Virus record (IMG/VR): IMGVR_UViG_2558860984_000001
Location: 1-64,000 of that record
DNA: 64,000 nt
Source: a virus
Lineage: Duplodnaviria > Caudoviricetes
Strand: one strand, 5' to 3'
The position numbers and the translations under genes were made by a program. Under the pieces are notes generated by a model. The model was not told the origin of the DNA and did no database searches. It saw nothing but the letters and a program-made list of their open reading frames with translations. How positions within the stretch are numbered: the stretch's first letter is position 1; every line of letters begins with the position of its first letter. Of the stretch, positions 1-10,018 are shown piece after piece.

Positions 1-1248
1 ATGGCGAGCATCGTGCCCCGCCCCAAGAAGGACGGGACCACCTACCAGATCAAGTGGCGCCAGGACGGCACCTGGCAGACCGAGAACTTCGCCGACGAGG
101 ACAGTGCGAAGGAGTTCCGGCGCATCGTCGAGGCGCACGGCAATCGCTGGCCCCCCGGTTGGGTCCGCGGCAAGGGCTTTGTCCAGGAGCCATCGCACCC
201 CGACGACGTGCCCTTCACCAAATGGGCCGAGCGGTACATTCAGCGCCTGAACAAGGTCGATGACCGCACCCGCAGCGACTATCTCCGCGAACTGCGCCTG
301 CACCTCTCCCTCCTCCGGCACACCGACCTGCACGGCAACGTCAGCCCGGCGACCATCTGCAACATCACGCAGGACGACGTCAACGACTGGGTGCGGCGGG
401 AGATGGAAGGCGAACGGAACCCGGCGAAGTCAGGGAAGTGGCGGCGCCGGCCCGCGAGTCCCAAGAGCATCGCCAACAGGCACGGGCTGCTGTACTCCAT
501 CGTGCAGGCCGCGGTCGACACGGAGCCGCCGTTGCGATCCTCCAACTGCTGCAAGCGCACCGACCTCCCCCGAGTCGACGAACACACCGCCGAAGAGATG
601 GTGTTCCTGGAGCACGACGAGTACCAGCTCATCCATGACCGATTCACCAACGACGCCGCGCGGGACCTGGCCGATCTCCTCGTCGGCACGGGCCTGCGCT
701 GGTCGGAGGCGACCGCGCTGCAGGTGCGCGACCTGAACCGCCGTACGCGGACGATCAGTGTGCAGCGGGCGTGGAAGCAGGCCGAGGGGGGTGCCGTCGA
801 GCCGTTCTTCCTCGGGCCGCCGAAGACGAAGCAGGCGAGGCGTCAGGTCCGCCTGTCCCCGTCGCTGTTCCAGATGCTCTTGCGCCTCCAGGAAGGCAAG
901 GCGCCGGAGGACCCCCTGTTCCTTACGTCGTCCGGCGCGGTGTGGCGGCACTGGAACTTCCAGTCGAACTTCTGGACGCCGGCCATCGAGGCTGCCACGG
1001 GGGCTGGGTTGACGAAGCGCCCGCGGATCCATGACCTGCGGCACACGCAGGCGTCTTGGTTGATCGCCGCGCGGATCACGCCGAAGGCGATTCAGGAGCG
1101 CCTCGGCCACAAGTCGATCATCACGACGATGGACCGGTACGGGCATCTGCTCCGAGAGGCGGACGACGAGATCGCCGCCGCAGTCGAGGACGCCATGGCG
1201 CCCCCGGATGCAGGAGGCAACGTCGTGCGGATGCCTGCCAGCTCATAG
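1..1248 (+). CDS. int: Tyrosine integrase
   Basis: TGLRWSE (catalytic R), PKTK, HDLRH, LGHKSIITTMDRY (H, Y) motifs. Confidence 0.95.
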   Translation: MASIVPRPKKDGTTYQIKWRQDGTWQTENFADEDSAKEFRRIVEAHGNRWPPGWVRGKGFVQEPSHPDDVPFTKWAERYIQRLNKVDDRTRSDYLRELRLHLSLLRHTDLHGNVSPATICNITQDDVNDWVRREMEGERNPAKSGKWRRRPASPKSIANRHGLLYSIVQAAVDTEPPLRSSNCCKRTDLPRVDEHTAEEMVFLEHDEYQLIHDRFTNDAARDLADLLVGTGLRWSEATALQVRDLNRRTRTISVQRAWKQAEGGAVEPFFLGPPKTKQARRQVRLSPSLFQMLLRLQEGKAPEDPLFLTSSGAVWRHWNFQSNFWTPAIEAATGAGLTKRPRIHDLRHTQASWLIAARITPKAIQERLGHKSIITTMDRYGHLLREADDEIAAAVEDAMAPPDAGGNVVRMPASS

Positions 1249-2154
1249 CAGGCACAGGTCGACGCGCGGGATCGGCTTGAGGTTGATGTCGAGGCGTAGC
1301 AGCCCGTCGCAGGACTCATCGGGCGGGGGGCTGGTTTCGTCTGGTGGCGTTGTGCCGCCGGCGTCGTCGCCTCCCGGGGTGTCCCCGTCGTCCCCTGCGC
1401 CTGTGTCCTCGCTGGGTTCGCTGATGCTGGTGCCGTCTCCTCCGCTGGCGGTCCCGGGCGTGGTGCTCTCTGCCGGCGGCGTGCTGCTGGCGGCGGGAGG
1501 GGAGGTGCGGCTCATCGGCTCTGCCGGCGGCGTGCTGCTGGCGGCGGGAGGGGAGGTGCGGCTCATCGGCCCTGCCGCCGGCGGGGCCGGGGTGGTCGTT
1601 GGGCTCGGAACGGGGGCGCCGCGGTGGTTGTCGGTGCCAGCGCGGATGTCCTTCGGCGAGCTGGACGGCGTTGGGCCGGGGCCTGCGCTGCCCGGCGCTG
1701 AGGGCGGGGGTGATGCGGCGCTGACGGGCGGGTCGTCGTCGGCTCGGGTGCTGTCAGAGCCGGTGGGGACAGCAGCGAAAGCGACTGCCGCCGCGGCGGT
1801 CAGTGCCCCAGCGGCAACCACGGGCCGTGCGCGAGCTGGCTTCCACAGGTGCTTGCGGATCCAGGCTGCTGCCGCACCGAGCAGTGCGCCGATGGGCGCA
1901 GCGAGCGGCGGGACGATGTAGAAGCGGCGGCGGCGTTCCTCGGGCGACTCCTCGACGTCGCCTTCGTCGTCGAGTTCGTCGAGCTGTCGTCCGTACTCGG
2001 CGCGGGCGACAGCGACGCGTAACGCGCTGAGGTCACGGCGTGTGTCGATCCAGCGCCGACGCATGACCCAGAGCCCTGCGTAGGTGCCTGCCAGGAGTAC
2101 GGCGATCGCCCCCAGGATGGCCGCGATGAGAAGTTCGTACACGTGCTCCCTCAC
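1243..2154 (-). CDS. Membrane protein with Pro/Ser/Thr-rich extracellular region; contains a TTA codon
   Basis: Hydrophobic segments, low-complexity tail, C-terminal Cys pair; in-frame TTA at 2020-2022. Confidence 0.65.
   Translation of the reverse strand: MREHVYELLIAAILGAIAVLLAGTYAGLWVMRRRWIDTRRDLSALRVAVARAEYGRQLDELDDEGDVEESPEERRRRFYIVPPLAAPIGALLGAAAAWIRKHLWKPARARPVVAAGALTAAAAVAFAAVPTGSDSTRADDDPPVSAASPPPSAPGSAGPGPTPSSSPKDIRAGTDNHRGAPVPSPTTTPAPPAAGPMSRTSPPAASSTPPAEPMSRTSPPAASSTPPAESTTPGTASGGDGTSISEPSEDTGAGDDGDTPGGDDAGGTTPPDETSPPPDESCDGLLRLDINLKPIPRVDLCLL
1468..1569. repeat. 2 x 51-bp perfect tandem repeat (17-aa repeat PMSRTSPPAASSTPPAE)
   Basis: Units begin at 1468 and 1519. Confidence 0.9.
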
Positions 2155-2276
2155 GGATGATGCTATGTGTGCTGGTGTTGCTACCCCATGTGGTTGGGGT
2201 GGTTGTGCAAATATGCATCGGGTGTGGCTGGTTGGCCACCCCTGAGCAGAGATTGATTGCTCTTGGCACCTATTTT

Positions 2277-2747
2277 CTAGGCGTGGCGACGCCCCTCGGG
2301 GGCGCCCGGCGCCTTGCGTCCTCGGCGTTGTCGCCGCTCAAGCTCGTGGCGCAGGAATTCCTCCTGCTCCTCCGGGGTGAGGGTGTTCAGTGCGGTGTCC
2401 AGGATGCGAATGCGGGGGTCGCTGGGGTCCAGCGCGCCGTGCTGCGGCTGTGAGGCGTCGGTGAGCATCTGCCGCAGCTCCTTGGCGGCGTCCGCGCGGC
2501 CGTCTGTCTCTAGCTGTTCGGGGGTGACGCCGACGGTCAGGGCCATGCGGGCGACGGTCTCGGCCGGTGCGTCGCGTACGGGGATGGGGGTGCCGCTCAC
2601 CATCTGGTAGCCGCTGGTGATCTGGCGCCAGCGGGCGTCGCTGATTCCCGCGAGGTCGGCTGCTTTGCGGGCGGACAGCTTGGAGCGCTTCAGGGCGGCG
2701 GTGATCCGCTGGCCCTCTGGGGATGGAGAGGGTCGTCGCTCGCTCAT
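2277..2747 (-). CDS. XRE-type HTH immunity repressor (CI-like)
   Basis: LSARKAADLAGISDARWRQI HTH; divergent from a Cro-like gene. Confidence 0.8.
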   Translation of the reverse strand: MSERRPSPSPEGQRITAALKRSKLSARKAADLAGISDARWRQITSGYQMVSGTPIPVRDAPAETVARMALTVGVTPEQLETDGRADAAKELRQMLTDASQPQHGALDPSDPRIRILDTALNTLTPEEQEEFLRHELERRQRRGRKAPGAPEGRRHA

Positions 2748-2760
2748 AGGCAAACCTTCG

Positions 2761-2886
2761 CACAACTACGCGCACCGGGCCAGAGTCGCCGGGGCGTGGG
2801 TGCTTGATCTCCGGCATCCCGATCCACCTACTCGCAGTACGCGCGTACTTCTTGCACTACGCATAACTACGCGCTAATGTCCTGGC
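2761..2886. promoter_or_regulatory. Lysis/lysogeny switch region: rightward promoter and operators
   Basis: TTGCAC(2852)-N17-TAATGT(2875) with ATG 6 nt later (leaderless-type); ACTACGC at 2765, 2856, 2866; palindrome AGTACGCGCGTACT at 2836-2849. Confidence 0.7.
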
Positions 2887-3210
2887 ATGGCAGAAGTAAC
2901 ACGCAAGAAGAGGACGCGCCGAAGGATCAAGCGCCCGCTCCATCACGCGCCGTCTGCCGTCACCTACGCCCGCGAGAAGGCCAGACTCACAAAGAGGGAA
3001 CTGGCCGCACTCGTCGGCATCTCCCCGCAGCTCATGGGCGAGATTGAATCCGGGTGGCGGAACTGCACCCCCGAGAACCTCGCCAAGATGGCCGAGGCCC
3101 TGAACTGCCCCCTTGTCGTCTTGGAGGCCAAGCGCCAGGCCGTCCCCACACCAATCGCGCCCGCGCCAGCACCCTCTGCTCCTGCGCAGGTCACTGGAGA
3201 CGCGGCATGA
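2887..3210 (+). CDS. XRE HTH protein (Cro-like)
   Basis: LTKRELAALVGISPQLMGEIESG motif. Confidence 0.85.
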   Translation: MAEVTRKKRTRRRIKRPLHHAPSAVTYAREKARLTKRELAALVGISPQLMGEIESGWRNCTPENLAKMAEALNCPLVVLEAKRQAVPTPIAPAPAPSAPAQVTGDAA

Positions 3211-3626
3211 GCACGTTCCCCGCCGCGAACTCGCTCTACGCGCGTACTTCGCACCAAGTGAGTGCGGAGGACCCGGGCCTGCGCGCCCAGGTCACTGCCC
3301 TGACGCAGCAGGTCACCGCGCTGACCCAGGCCATGACGGGCCTGCTGGCCACGGTCGAAGAACTGCGGGAGGCCAAGCCTCGACGCCGCCTCTACGACTA
3401 CGACGAAGCAGCAGCCGAGCTGCGCGTACACCCGAAGTGGCTGAAGAACCGGATCAAAACCCTGCCGCGCGTGAAGGCGGGGCGGGACGTGTTCTTCACC
3501 GACGACGACCTGGACCAGATCCTCGCGCGCTTGCACGTGTCGCCGGAGCGGGCGTCTGCGGTCCGTACGGGCGGTGCCGCGCCGCCGTCGAAGCTCACCC
3601 CGCTGCCAGGCCGGCGTGCCGGCTGA
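3207..3626 (+). CDS. Excisionase-like HTH protein with N-terminal coiled coil
   Basis: YDYDEAAAELRVHPKWLK...KAGRDVFFTDDDL; ATGA overlap with the upstream gene. Confidence 0.7.
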   Translation: MSTFPAANSLYARTSHQVSAEDPGLRAQVTALTQQVTALTQAMTGLLATVEELREAKPRRRLYDYDEAAAELRVHPKWLKNRIKTLPRVKAGRDVFFTDDDLDQILARLHVSPERASAVRTGGAAPPSKLTPLPGRRAG

Positions 3627-3717
3627 GCAGATGAAGACGGGGCCGCCGGATGCGACCCGGCGACCCCCACGACTCACCCCACTTCCACGCCTCTACCAGC
3701 AGAAAGCGAGGCTCACC

Positions 3718-4065
3718 GTGAGCTACCAGAGTACCCATCGAGAGAAGCTGATGGCCGCGTTGTCGGCCGCCGAGCAGCTCGTCGCCGAATCCCCGCACGA
3801 GCCGTACGGCGTACACGTCACCGGCGCCGTCCCCCGGTTCGGCGGCGAGGTCGGCGTCGACCTTCACTTCGGCGCGGACCCGGAGGGAGTCACCGCGCTG
3901 AGCGTGTTCGGCGGCGTCGTCGCCGAGCGGGACGGCACGACGCGCGACGGGGAGAGGTTCCACGAGACGACGTGCCTCGGCCGGTTCGCCGAGGTGCCGT
4001 TCTGGGCCTGGACGCGCACCGAGGTCGAGGAGGCCGAGTCCGAGCAGGGTCCGGTGGCGGCATGA
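3718..4065 (+). CDS. Hypothetical phage protein
   Basis: GC3-biased ORF in the operon. Confidence 0.55.
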   Translation: MSYQSTHREKLMAALSAAEQLVAESPHEPYGVHVTGAVPRFGGEVGVDLHFGADPEGVTALSVFGGVVAERDGTTRDGERFHETTCLGRFAEVPFWAWTRTEVEEAESEQGPVAA

Positions 4066-5252
4066 AGAGCCCGACGCGTGCTGTGAATGCGCTGGCCGCC
4101 CTTATCCACCGGGCGCAGCAGAACGGTGTGAAGACGCCGGTGGGAATCGCCGTCGCGATTGATGCGGCACGGATGGTGATGTCGCCGGAGACGGCGGCCG
4201 AGCTGGACCGGCTGCGGAAGCGTGTCGCCGAGCTGGAGGCCGCACGGCCGGTGCTGTACCTCGCCGAGTACGAGGGTGCCGAACCGGAGCTGTGGACCAC
4301 CATCGAGGCCGCACGGGATGCCTGTGAGGACCTGATCGGGGCGGACCTCACGCCCGGCGGTGAGCAGGGCTGGGACTGGGTCGAGCGGGACGGCGGGGTC
4401 TGGCAGCAGGTCTGGACGCGGTCGCTGGACGACATGCCGCTGTCGGATGCGCCGGGCCGGGTGACGCCGGTGCGGGTGCAGGGCGGCGACGTGGATCATC
4501 CGGTCGCGTTGGGGGAGCCGGCAGCCGAGCACGAGCGGGTCCGGGTCGAGCGAGACCGGTACCGCATCGCCTGGGGGATGGCGCGCACTCGCGCGCTGTC
4601 CGCTGGCGGCGCCGCTGACCGGTACGCCGCCCACGCCCGCGAAGGGCGAGAGGCCCTGCAGCACATGCTGTTCGCCGTACTCGGGGCGCAGCTTTCCCGC
4701 ACCGCTGCGCAGAGGGAGGCCGCCGCGCTGCGGGGTCGGGTGACGGAGCTGGAGCAGGTCGAGACCAGGCTCCGGCGGCTGCTGCCGACCGAGCCGTGCC
4801 CCCGGGAGGGCACGCCGGTCGAGCTGGCGCGGGAGTGGGCGTGGCACGAGGTGTGGGAGCTGGTCGCCGGGGTGCTCGGCGTGACGCTGCCGTACGAACG
4901 ACCGGCGGCCGAGGCCGGGAAGGTCACCCGCGTCGCCGCGGGCGGGATCACTCGGGCCGACGAGCAGGACGCCGCTGGGTTGACCGTGTACCGGGCGGAG
5001 TTCGAGCACGCGATCACCCCGCTGGAGACCTACACCAGCCGGGCCGCCGCTCGAAAGCACTGCGAGACCGAGGCCCGCGAGGAAGAGGGGCGCGAGCGCA
5101 CCAACTTCGACCTGATGTGGGAGACCGACCCGGACGACGACGAAGTCGAGGAGCTGTGGGTCGGCACCGGTCCGGACGACGCGGAGCGCACCGGCTACCT
5201 GGTCCGCGCCCGCGCGATCGCCACCGAGTACGACCCGGAGGCGAGCGCGTGA
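4062..5252 (+). CDS. Hypothetical phage protein with coiled coils
   Basis: ATGA coupling; internally duplicated segment (YLAEYEG..AARDACE / YRAEFEH..AARKHCE). Confidence 0.65.
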   Translation: MKSPTRAVNALAALIHRAQQNGVKTPVGIAVAIDAARMVMSPETAAELDRLRKRVAELEAARPVLYLAEYEGAEPELWTTIEAARDACEDLIGADLTPGGEQGWDWVERDGGVWQQVWTRSLDDMPLSDAPGRVTPVRVQGGDVDHPVALGEPAAEHERVRVERDRYRIAWGMARTRALSAGGAADRYAAHAREGREALQHMLFAVLGAQLSRTAAQREAAALRGRVTELEQVETRLRRLLPTEPCPREGTPVELAREWAWHEVWELVAGVLGVTLPYERPAAEAGKVTRVAAGGITRADEQDAAGLTVYRAEFEHAITPLETYTSRAAARKHCETEAREEEGRERTNFDLMWETDPDDDEVEELWVGTGPDDAERTGYLVRARAIATEYDPEASA

Positions 5253-5644
5253 TGGACCCCAACATCCCTGCGCCGGAGCTGAGCGAGCGGGACCGCGCGC
5301 TGCTGACCGCTGCCGCGGAGGGCCTGTCCGCCGTGCAGACGGCCTCCCGCCTGCGTCTCTCCTCGGGCTACGTCCACCACTTGCACGGCGACATCGTCCG
5401 CGCGTTGGGCGCGCGTACGTGGACGCAGGCGGTCGCGCTCGCCGTGGCCGCGGGGCTGATCACTGTGGCGCCTGGCGGTGACCTGCCCGCCATCGGAGTC
5501 GCGTGTCCCCGATGTGGGTCTCTCCCCGGTGCGCTGTGCACATCGCACGGCGGTACCCGCGAGCGCCGCTACGACGTCCATCAGGCCCGCACCGCCGTAT
5601 GGCGGGCTGAGCAGCAGCGGCAGGAGCGGGGTGACGACTCGTGA
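5252..5644 (+). CDS. LuxR-type HTH plus phage Zn-finger protein
   Basis: LSERDRALL..AAEGLS..TASRLRLS; CPRC..PG..C..H. Confidence 0.7.
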   Translation: MDPNIPAPELSERDRALLTAAAEGLSAVQTASRLRLSSGYVHHLHGDIVRALGARTWTQAVALAVAAGLITVAPGGDLPAIGVACPRCGSLPGALCTSHGGTRERRYDVHQARTAVWRAEQQRQERGDDS

Positions 5645-5937
5645 TCGTCTTCGGCGCGGTTGTCGTAGCCGTCGCTGCTCTAGCCGTCGTGAAGTTGTGT
5701 GTCGACTGGGTGACGGGTGGTGGATTGCCGCCCGTCCACCAGCTGCCCGAGAAGCCGCTCCGGACGGCGGCCGAGACCAGCGCGTCCGCTCGCGGTGAGT
5801 CGACGGCCGAGGGGTGCGCACACAGGTACCACTACTTCGGGTCGCTGGGTCGGCGGTGCGTGCGCTGCACCAAGCCAGCTCCGGAGGACACCGCGTTCAT
5901 CTGGCCGGAGCAGCCGAGGGGCGGTGGTGCCGGATGA
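5641..5937 (+). CDS. Small membrane protein with C-terminal Cys motif
   Basis: N-terminal TM segment, CAH..CVRC. Confidence 0.5.
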   Translation: MIVFGAVVVAVAALAVVKLCVDWVTGGGLPPVHQLPEKPLRTAAETSASARGESTAEGCAHRYHYFGSLGRRCVRCTKPAPEDTAFIWPEQPRGGGAG

Positions 5938-6122
5938 CCAGCCGTGAACGGTCCCTGTGCCCGCCCTGCCAGCGCGGGGACTGCGACGAGTGCATGGCTG
6001 CTGACCACCCCGGCATGCCGGACCTGTACGCCTGCGCCGCCGGGCACAAGCAGTGCCCGCGGTCGAGCGGCCCCGTCGGGCTGGGGGACGACTACGGCAT
6101 CCCGGGCGGTGATGCCGGATGA
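5934..6122 (+). CDS. Small Cys-rich protein
   Basis: CPPC..CDEC..CAAGH..C; coupled start. Confidence 0.45.
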   Translation: MTSRERSLCPPCQRGDCDECMAADHPGMPDLYACAAGHKQCPRSSGPVGLGDDYGIPGGDAG

Positions 6123-6228
6123 CGACCGCCGTGCTGGCCGGGGCCGACCGGGCCCCGGCCAGCCGGAGGGCCACCCCACAGGCCCCGCTCACCCTCGCCG
6201 CCCCCCCCTCCTCGTCAGGAGCATCCGC

Positions 6229-6708
6229 ATGGACTTCAACACCGCCTACGCCCTCGCCATCGCCGAGATCACCCCGCAGCCCTGGGACTACACGGACCCG
6301 GACGGCACAACCCTCAGGGTCATCCCCGCCGGGCTGCCCTCGTCGCCCGGCTACGCCGAGGTCATGATCCGCATCACGACCCGCGGCGCCACCGGAGTGT
6401 ACGAGGGACTCAGCACGACCTACCTCACCCGCGGCGCGGCCGAGATCGGCGTCACGACCACGGACATGCCCCGTCTGATCGCCTCGCTCACCGAGCAGAC
6501 CGTCCTCGAACACGGGGAATGGGGAGACGTCCTCACCCTGGCCCCGGAGACGGACCGGGTGCGGGTGGAGATCACCGATACCCATTGCCACGACGGCGAG
6601 CGGGTGACGCTCACCGAGACGATGCACCTGCCGGAGAAGCAGCGGATGCCGCTGGTATCCGCGCTGCGGCGCGCCGCGGACGTCGCCAGTGGCTGTGAGG
6701 AGGAGTGA
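6229..6708 (+). CDS. Hypothetical phage protein
   Basis: AGGAG RBS upstream; GC3 bias. Confidence 0.6.
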   Translation: MDFNTAYALAIAEITPQPWDYTDPDGTTLRVIPAGLPSSPGYAEVMIRITTRGATGVYEGLSTTYLTRGAAEIGVTTTDMPRLIASLTEQTVLEHGEWGDVLTLAPETDRVRVEITDTHCHDGERVTLTETMHLPEKQRMPLVSALRRAADVASGCEEE

Positions 6709-7760
6709 CCACCACCGTCGTGCAGGCCGGGGCTTCGGCCCCGGCCGCCGGCCGGAGGGTCACCCCCACCGGCCGCCTCATCCTCGACCACACCGCCGAC
6801 CGCGCCACCTGGCTCGACGCCCGCCGCCGCGGCATCGGCAGCTCGGACCTGCCCGCCGTGATGAACCTGTCCGGCTTCAAGACCCCGCTGCACGTCTACC
6901 ACGACAAGCGCGGCGAGATCCCGCACGACGAAGAGTTCAGCGAGCCCGCGCACTACGGCAACCTCTTCGAGGACCCCCTCGCCCGCGACTGGGCCCGCCG
7001 GAAGCGCACCGTCGTCGAGCGCGTCGGGCTGATCGCCAACGTGGACGAGCCGTGGCAGATGTGCACCCTCGACCGGCTGTGCACCGAGTGCCCCCTCGAC
7101 CGCACCCAGCGTTCGCTGTGCGCCCTTGAGGTGAAGTGCCGCAACGCGTTCGTCGCCCGCCTGTGGCGCAACGGGCCGCCGGACGACGTCCTCGCCCAGG
7201 TCCTCTGGCAGATCCTCGTCACAGGCCTCGACCACATCCACGTGATGTGCCTGATCGGCGGCAACGACCCCCGGCTGTACACCGTGCGCCGGGAGGAACA
7301 CACCAAGCTCGTCGCCTACCTGCACGCCGAGGCCGCCCGGCTGTGGCACGAGCACATCGTCCCGGGCCGTGCGCCGGCCCTCACCGGCGAGGAGCCGCCG
7401 GACGCGCTGCTGGAGCTGTACGAGCGGCTGCACCCCGAGCGCTCCGGCGCGGTCGTCATGGACCGCGACCTCGACGCGCAGGACGCGGTCGCCGACTACC
7501 TCGACGCCGTCGCCGACAAGGCGGAGGCCGAGCAGCGCCGCAAGGCCGCGTACGCGCGGATGCTCGACCGGCTCGGCGGCGCGCAGGCCGCGCACGTCCG
7601 TGACCGGGTCTTCTACTCCGTCGAGCAGTCCTTGCAGCGCTCCGCGGACCTGGACCGGCTGCTGGAGGAGTTCCCCGACGCCTACGCCGCGTGCGTCACT
7701 GACAAGGCGCACGACCGCCTGAACATCCCGCAGTACGTGCGCAAGGAGCACACCTCATGA
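6705..7760 (+). CDS. YqaJ-like viral recombinase exonuclease
   Basis: WLDARRRGIGSSD, GNLFE, TLDR, LEVKC, QVLWQ. Confidence 0.9.
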   Translation: MTTTVVQAGASAPAAGRRVTPTGRLILDHTADRATWLDARRRGIGSSDLPAVMNLSGFKTPLHVYHDKRGEIPHDEEFSEPAHYGNLFEDPLARDWARRKRTVVERVGLIANVDEPWQMCTLDRLCTECPLDRTQRSLCALEVKCRNAFVARLWRNGPPDDVLAQVLWQILVTGLDHIHVMCLIGGNDPRLYTVRREEHTKLVAYLHAEAARLWHEHIVPGRAPALTGEEPPDALLELYERLHPERSGAVVMDRDLDAQDAVADYLDAVADKAEAEQRRKAAYARMLDRLGGAQAAHVRDRVFYSVEQSLQRSADLDRLLEEFPDAYAACVTDKAHDRLNIPQYVRKEHTS

Positions 7761-8566
7761 CGTCCCTGACCGAGCGTGCCGAGCAGCACGCCAACGGCGC
7801 CGCGACCCCGGCGGAGGCCCCCACCTACACCGCGCCGGACGCCGGCGAGCCTGTCGGCTACGAGATCGACATGGACCCGGTGGAGGAGGCCGACTACCCC
7901 AACCCGGCGATGGTGCCGGTGCACGTGGCGTGGCTGCGGGTGCGCCGCGACGTGGGCACGGTGGGCAAGAGCGACAAGCACGTCGAGACCGACTACAAGA
8001 GCAAGAAGCAGAAGGTCAAGTACCACTTCCGCGGCGTCGACTCCGCGCTGAACGCCTTCGGCCCGGCCACGCTGCGGCACGGCATCACCGTCGCCGCGGT
8101 CGACATGACCACCACCTACCGCGACACCAAATCGTCCCGCGGCACCCCGATGCGGGAATGCACGGTCGTCGTCACCTGGCAGATCATCGGCCCGATGGGC
8201 GACAGCCTGCCGCTGCTTAAGTCGGCCGGCGAGTCGCTGGACTCCGGCGACAAGGGCACCGCCAAGGCACAGAGCTTGGCCTTGCGGGCGCTGCTGTTCA
8301 ACACCGGCATGATCCCCACCGGCGAGCAGGAGCCGGAGGCCGCGCACGTCGAGCGCGGCGAGGCGCCGACGCGCTCGGCGAACGACTACCGCGACGAGAT
8401 CATCAACCCGAAGACGTCGACCGGCCGGCTGGAGCAGATCGGCTACGAGCTGCGCCAGGCGAACATCCTGCACGCCCTCGTGACGAACGAGAACGGCGAT
8501 GAGGAGACCCTCGACGCCCTCGGGATGCGGCACTACACCGAGCGCACCGCGGGCGGTGGCGCCTGA
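7757..8566 (+). CDS. ERF-family single-strand annealing protein
   Basis: KYHFRGVD, GESLDSGDKGTAKAQSLA; adjacent to YqaJ. Confidence 0.85.
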   Translation: MTSLTERAEQHANGAATPAEAPTYTAPDAGEPVGYEIDMDPVEEADYPNPAMVPVHVAWLRVRRDVGTVGKSDKHVETDYKSKKQKVKYHFRGVDSALNAFGPATLRHGITVAAVDMTTTYRDTKSSRGTPMRECTVVVTWQIIGPMGDSLPLLKSAGESLDSGDKGTAKAQSLALRALLFNTGMIPTGEQEPEAAHVERGEAPTRSANDYRDEIINPKTSTGRLEQIGYELRQANILHALVTNENGDEETLDALGMRHYTERTAGGGA

Positions 8567-9276
8567 TGTGGCACACCGGCCGCCTGTGCGGCTTCGACCT
8601 GGAGACCACCGCCCCGGACCCCGAGACCGCGCGCATCGTCTCCGCCTGCGTCGTCCAGTGCGGCGGCGACGAGCCCACGCAGTCCGCTGTGTGGCTGTCC
8701 GACGTCGACGGCGAGACCATCCCCCACGAGGCCGAGAAGGTCCACGGCATCACCACCGGCATCGCCCACACCCAGGGCCAGCCGCTCGCCGAAGTCGTGC
8801 AGGAGATCCTCGCCGCCCTCACGCAGGTCGTCCTCTCCGGCATCCCCGTCGTGGCCATGAACGCCCGCTACGACTTCACCGTCCTTGACCGCGAGGCCCG
8901 CCGCTTCGGGCACCCGCCGCTGACGGGCACCGCCGCGGGCCTGGTCGTCGTCGACCCGTTCGTCCTGGACAAGCACGTCGACACCTACCGGCGCGGCTCC
9001 CGCAAGCTCGTCGACCTCTGCGCCCACTACGACGTGCCCATCGGTGACGCGCACTCGGCGGACGCCGACGCCATCGCCGCGTGCCGGGTCGCCTGGCGGA
9101 TCGGCCAGCAGCACCCGCGGCTGGCCGCGATGACGCCGACGGAGCTGCACACGGCGCAGGTGGGATGGGCCGCGGAGCAGGCGGCCTCGCTTCAGGAGTA
9201 CTTCCGGAAGAAGGACCCGGCCGCGGTCGTCGAGCCGGCGTGGCCGTTCGTGCCCGTCGCGGGGGTGGGCGTCTGA
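8566..9276 (+). CDS. DEDDh 3'-5' exonuclease (DnaQ-like)
   Basis: FDLETT, VHGIT, NARYD, AHSADADA. Confidence 0.92.
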   Translation: MWHTGRLCGFDLETTAPDPETARIVSACVVQCGGDEPTQSAVWLSDVDGETIPHEAEKVHGITTGIAHTQGQPLAEVVQEILAALTQVVLSGIPVVAMNARYDFTVLDREARRFGHPPLTGTAAGLVVVDPFVLDKHVDTYRRGSRKLVDLCAHYDVPIGDAHSADADAIAACRVAWRIGQQHPRLAAMTPTELHTAQVGWAAEQAASLQEYFRKKDPAAVVEPAWPFVPVAGVGV

Positions 9277-9737
9277 TGTTCGGACGCAAGCGCCGCCAGC
9301 TCGCCGAGGAGCGGAAGCGGCGCCTACAGGTGCAGGAGCAGCTCGCCGCGGCCAAGGACGACGCCCGCGCGCACCTCGGCGCCGCCGTACGGACCGCGCA
9401 GCGGAACAGGCTGCTGCGTGAGCAGCTCGACGAGCAGCGCCTCGCCGAGGACATCGCCACGGAGGCTGCGTACGCCCGGCAGCTGGAGGAGCGGCTCGAA
9501 CGCGCGCTGCGTGCCGTGGGCCGCTACCTGGCCGCGCTGTGGCAGATGGACGCCGACGCCGACACCGTCGTCCGTGAACTCGCGCGGGTGAAGGCTCTGC
9601 TGCGCCGCGCGGACGAGGACCGCCGCGCCCTGCACGCCCGGCTGACGCAGCTGCAGAACGCGAACGACGCGCTGAGCCGCGAGGCCGTTGACCGCGCCGG
9701 GACGCTCACGCCGCGGAAGGCGGTGAGCACCCCGTGA
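9276..9737 (+). CDS. Coiled-coil hypothetical protein
   Basis: Coupled start; heptad-rich sequence. Confidence 0.6.
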   Translation: MFGRKRRQLAEERKRRLQVQEQLAAAKDDARAHLGAAVRTAQRNRLLREQLDEQRLAEDIATEAAYARQLEERLERALRAVGRYLAALWQMDADADTVVRELARVKALLRRADEDRRALHARLTQLQNANDALSREAVDRAGTLTPRKAVSTP

Positions 9738-10018
9738 CCCACCCGCAGGCTGGAAAGACCGTCACCGTCGTCCCGGCCGCCGCCGTATTCGGCCACGCCG
9801 ACTGCACCCCGTTCGACTACCGCATCGAGGACTGGAACGACCGCGTCTTCGGCCAGTCCTGGCAGGTCATGGCGGCCCATCCCGCGTCCCTCGGCTATGC
9901 CGTGCGCGGCGCCGTTGCTGGGCTGCCGACCGACAACGAAGTCGTCTACGGCAAGGACGACTACGGCCTAGGCCATCTCGTGCACGTCTCCGAGATCAGC
10001 GACGGGGGTGTGTCATGA
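9734..10018 (+). CDS. Hypothetical phage protein
   Basis: YRIEDWNDRVFG..VVYGK..GLGHLVHVSE, a motif recurring in phage proteins. Confidence 0.65.
   Translation: MTHPQAGKTVTVVPAAAVFGHADCTPFDYRIEDWNDRVFGQSWQVMAAHPASLGYAVRGAVAGLPTDNEVVYGKDDYGLGHLVHVSEISDGGVS

Noticed and set aside
1-1250. attL/attR site
   Set aside because: The window starts at the integrase ATG; no tRNA fragment or duplicated core is visible.
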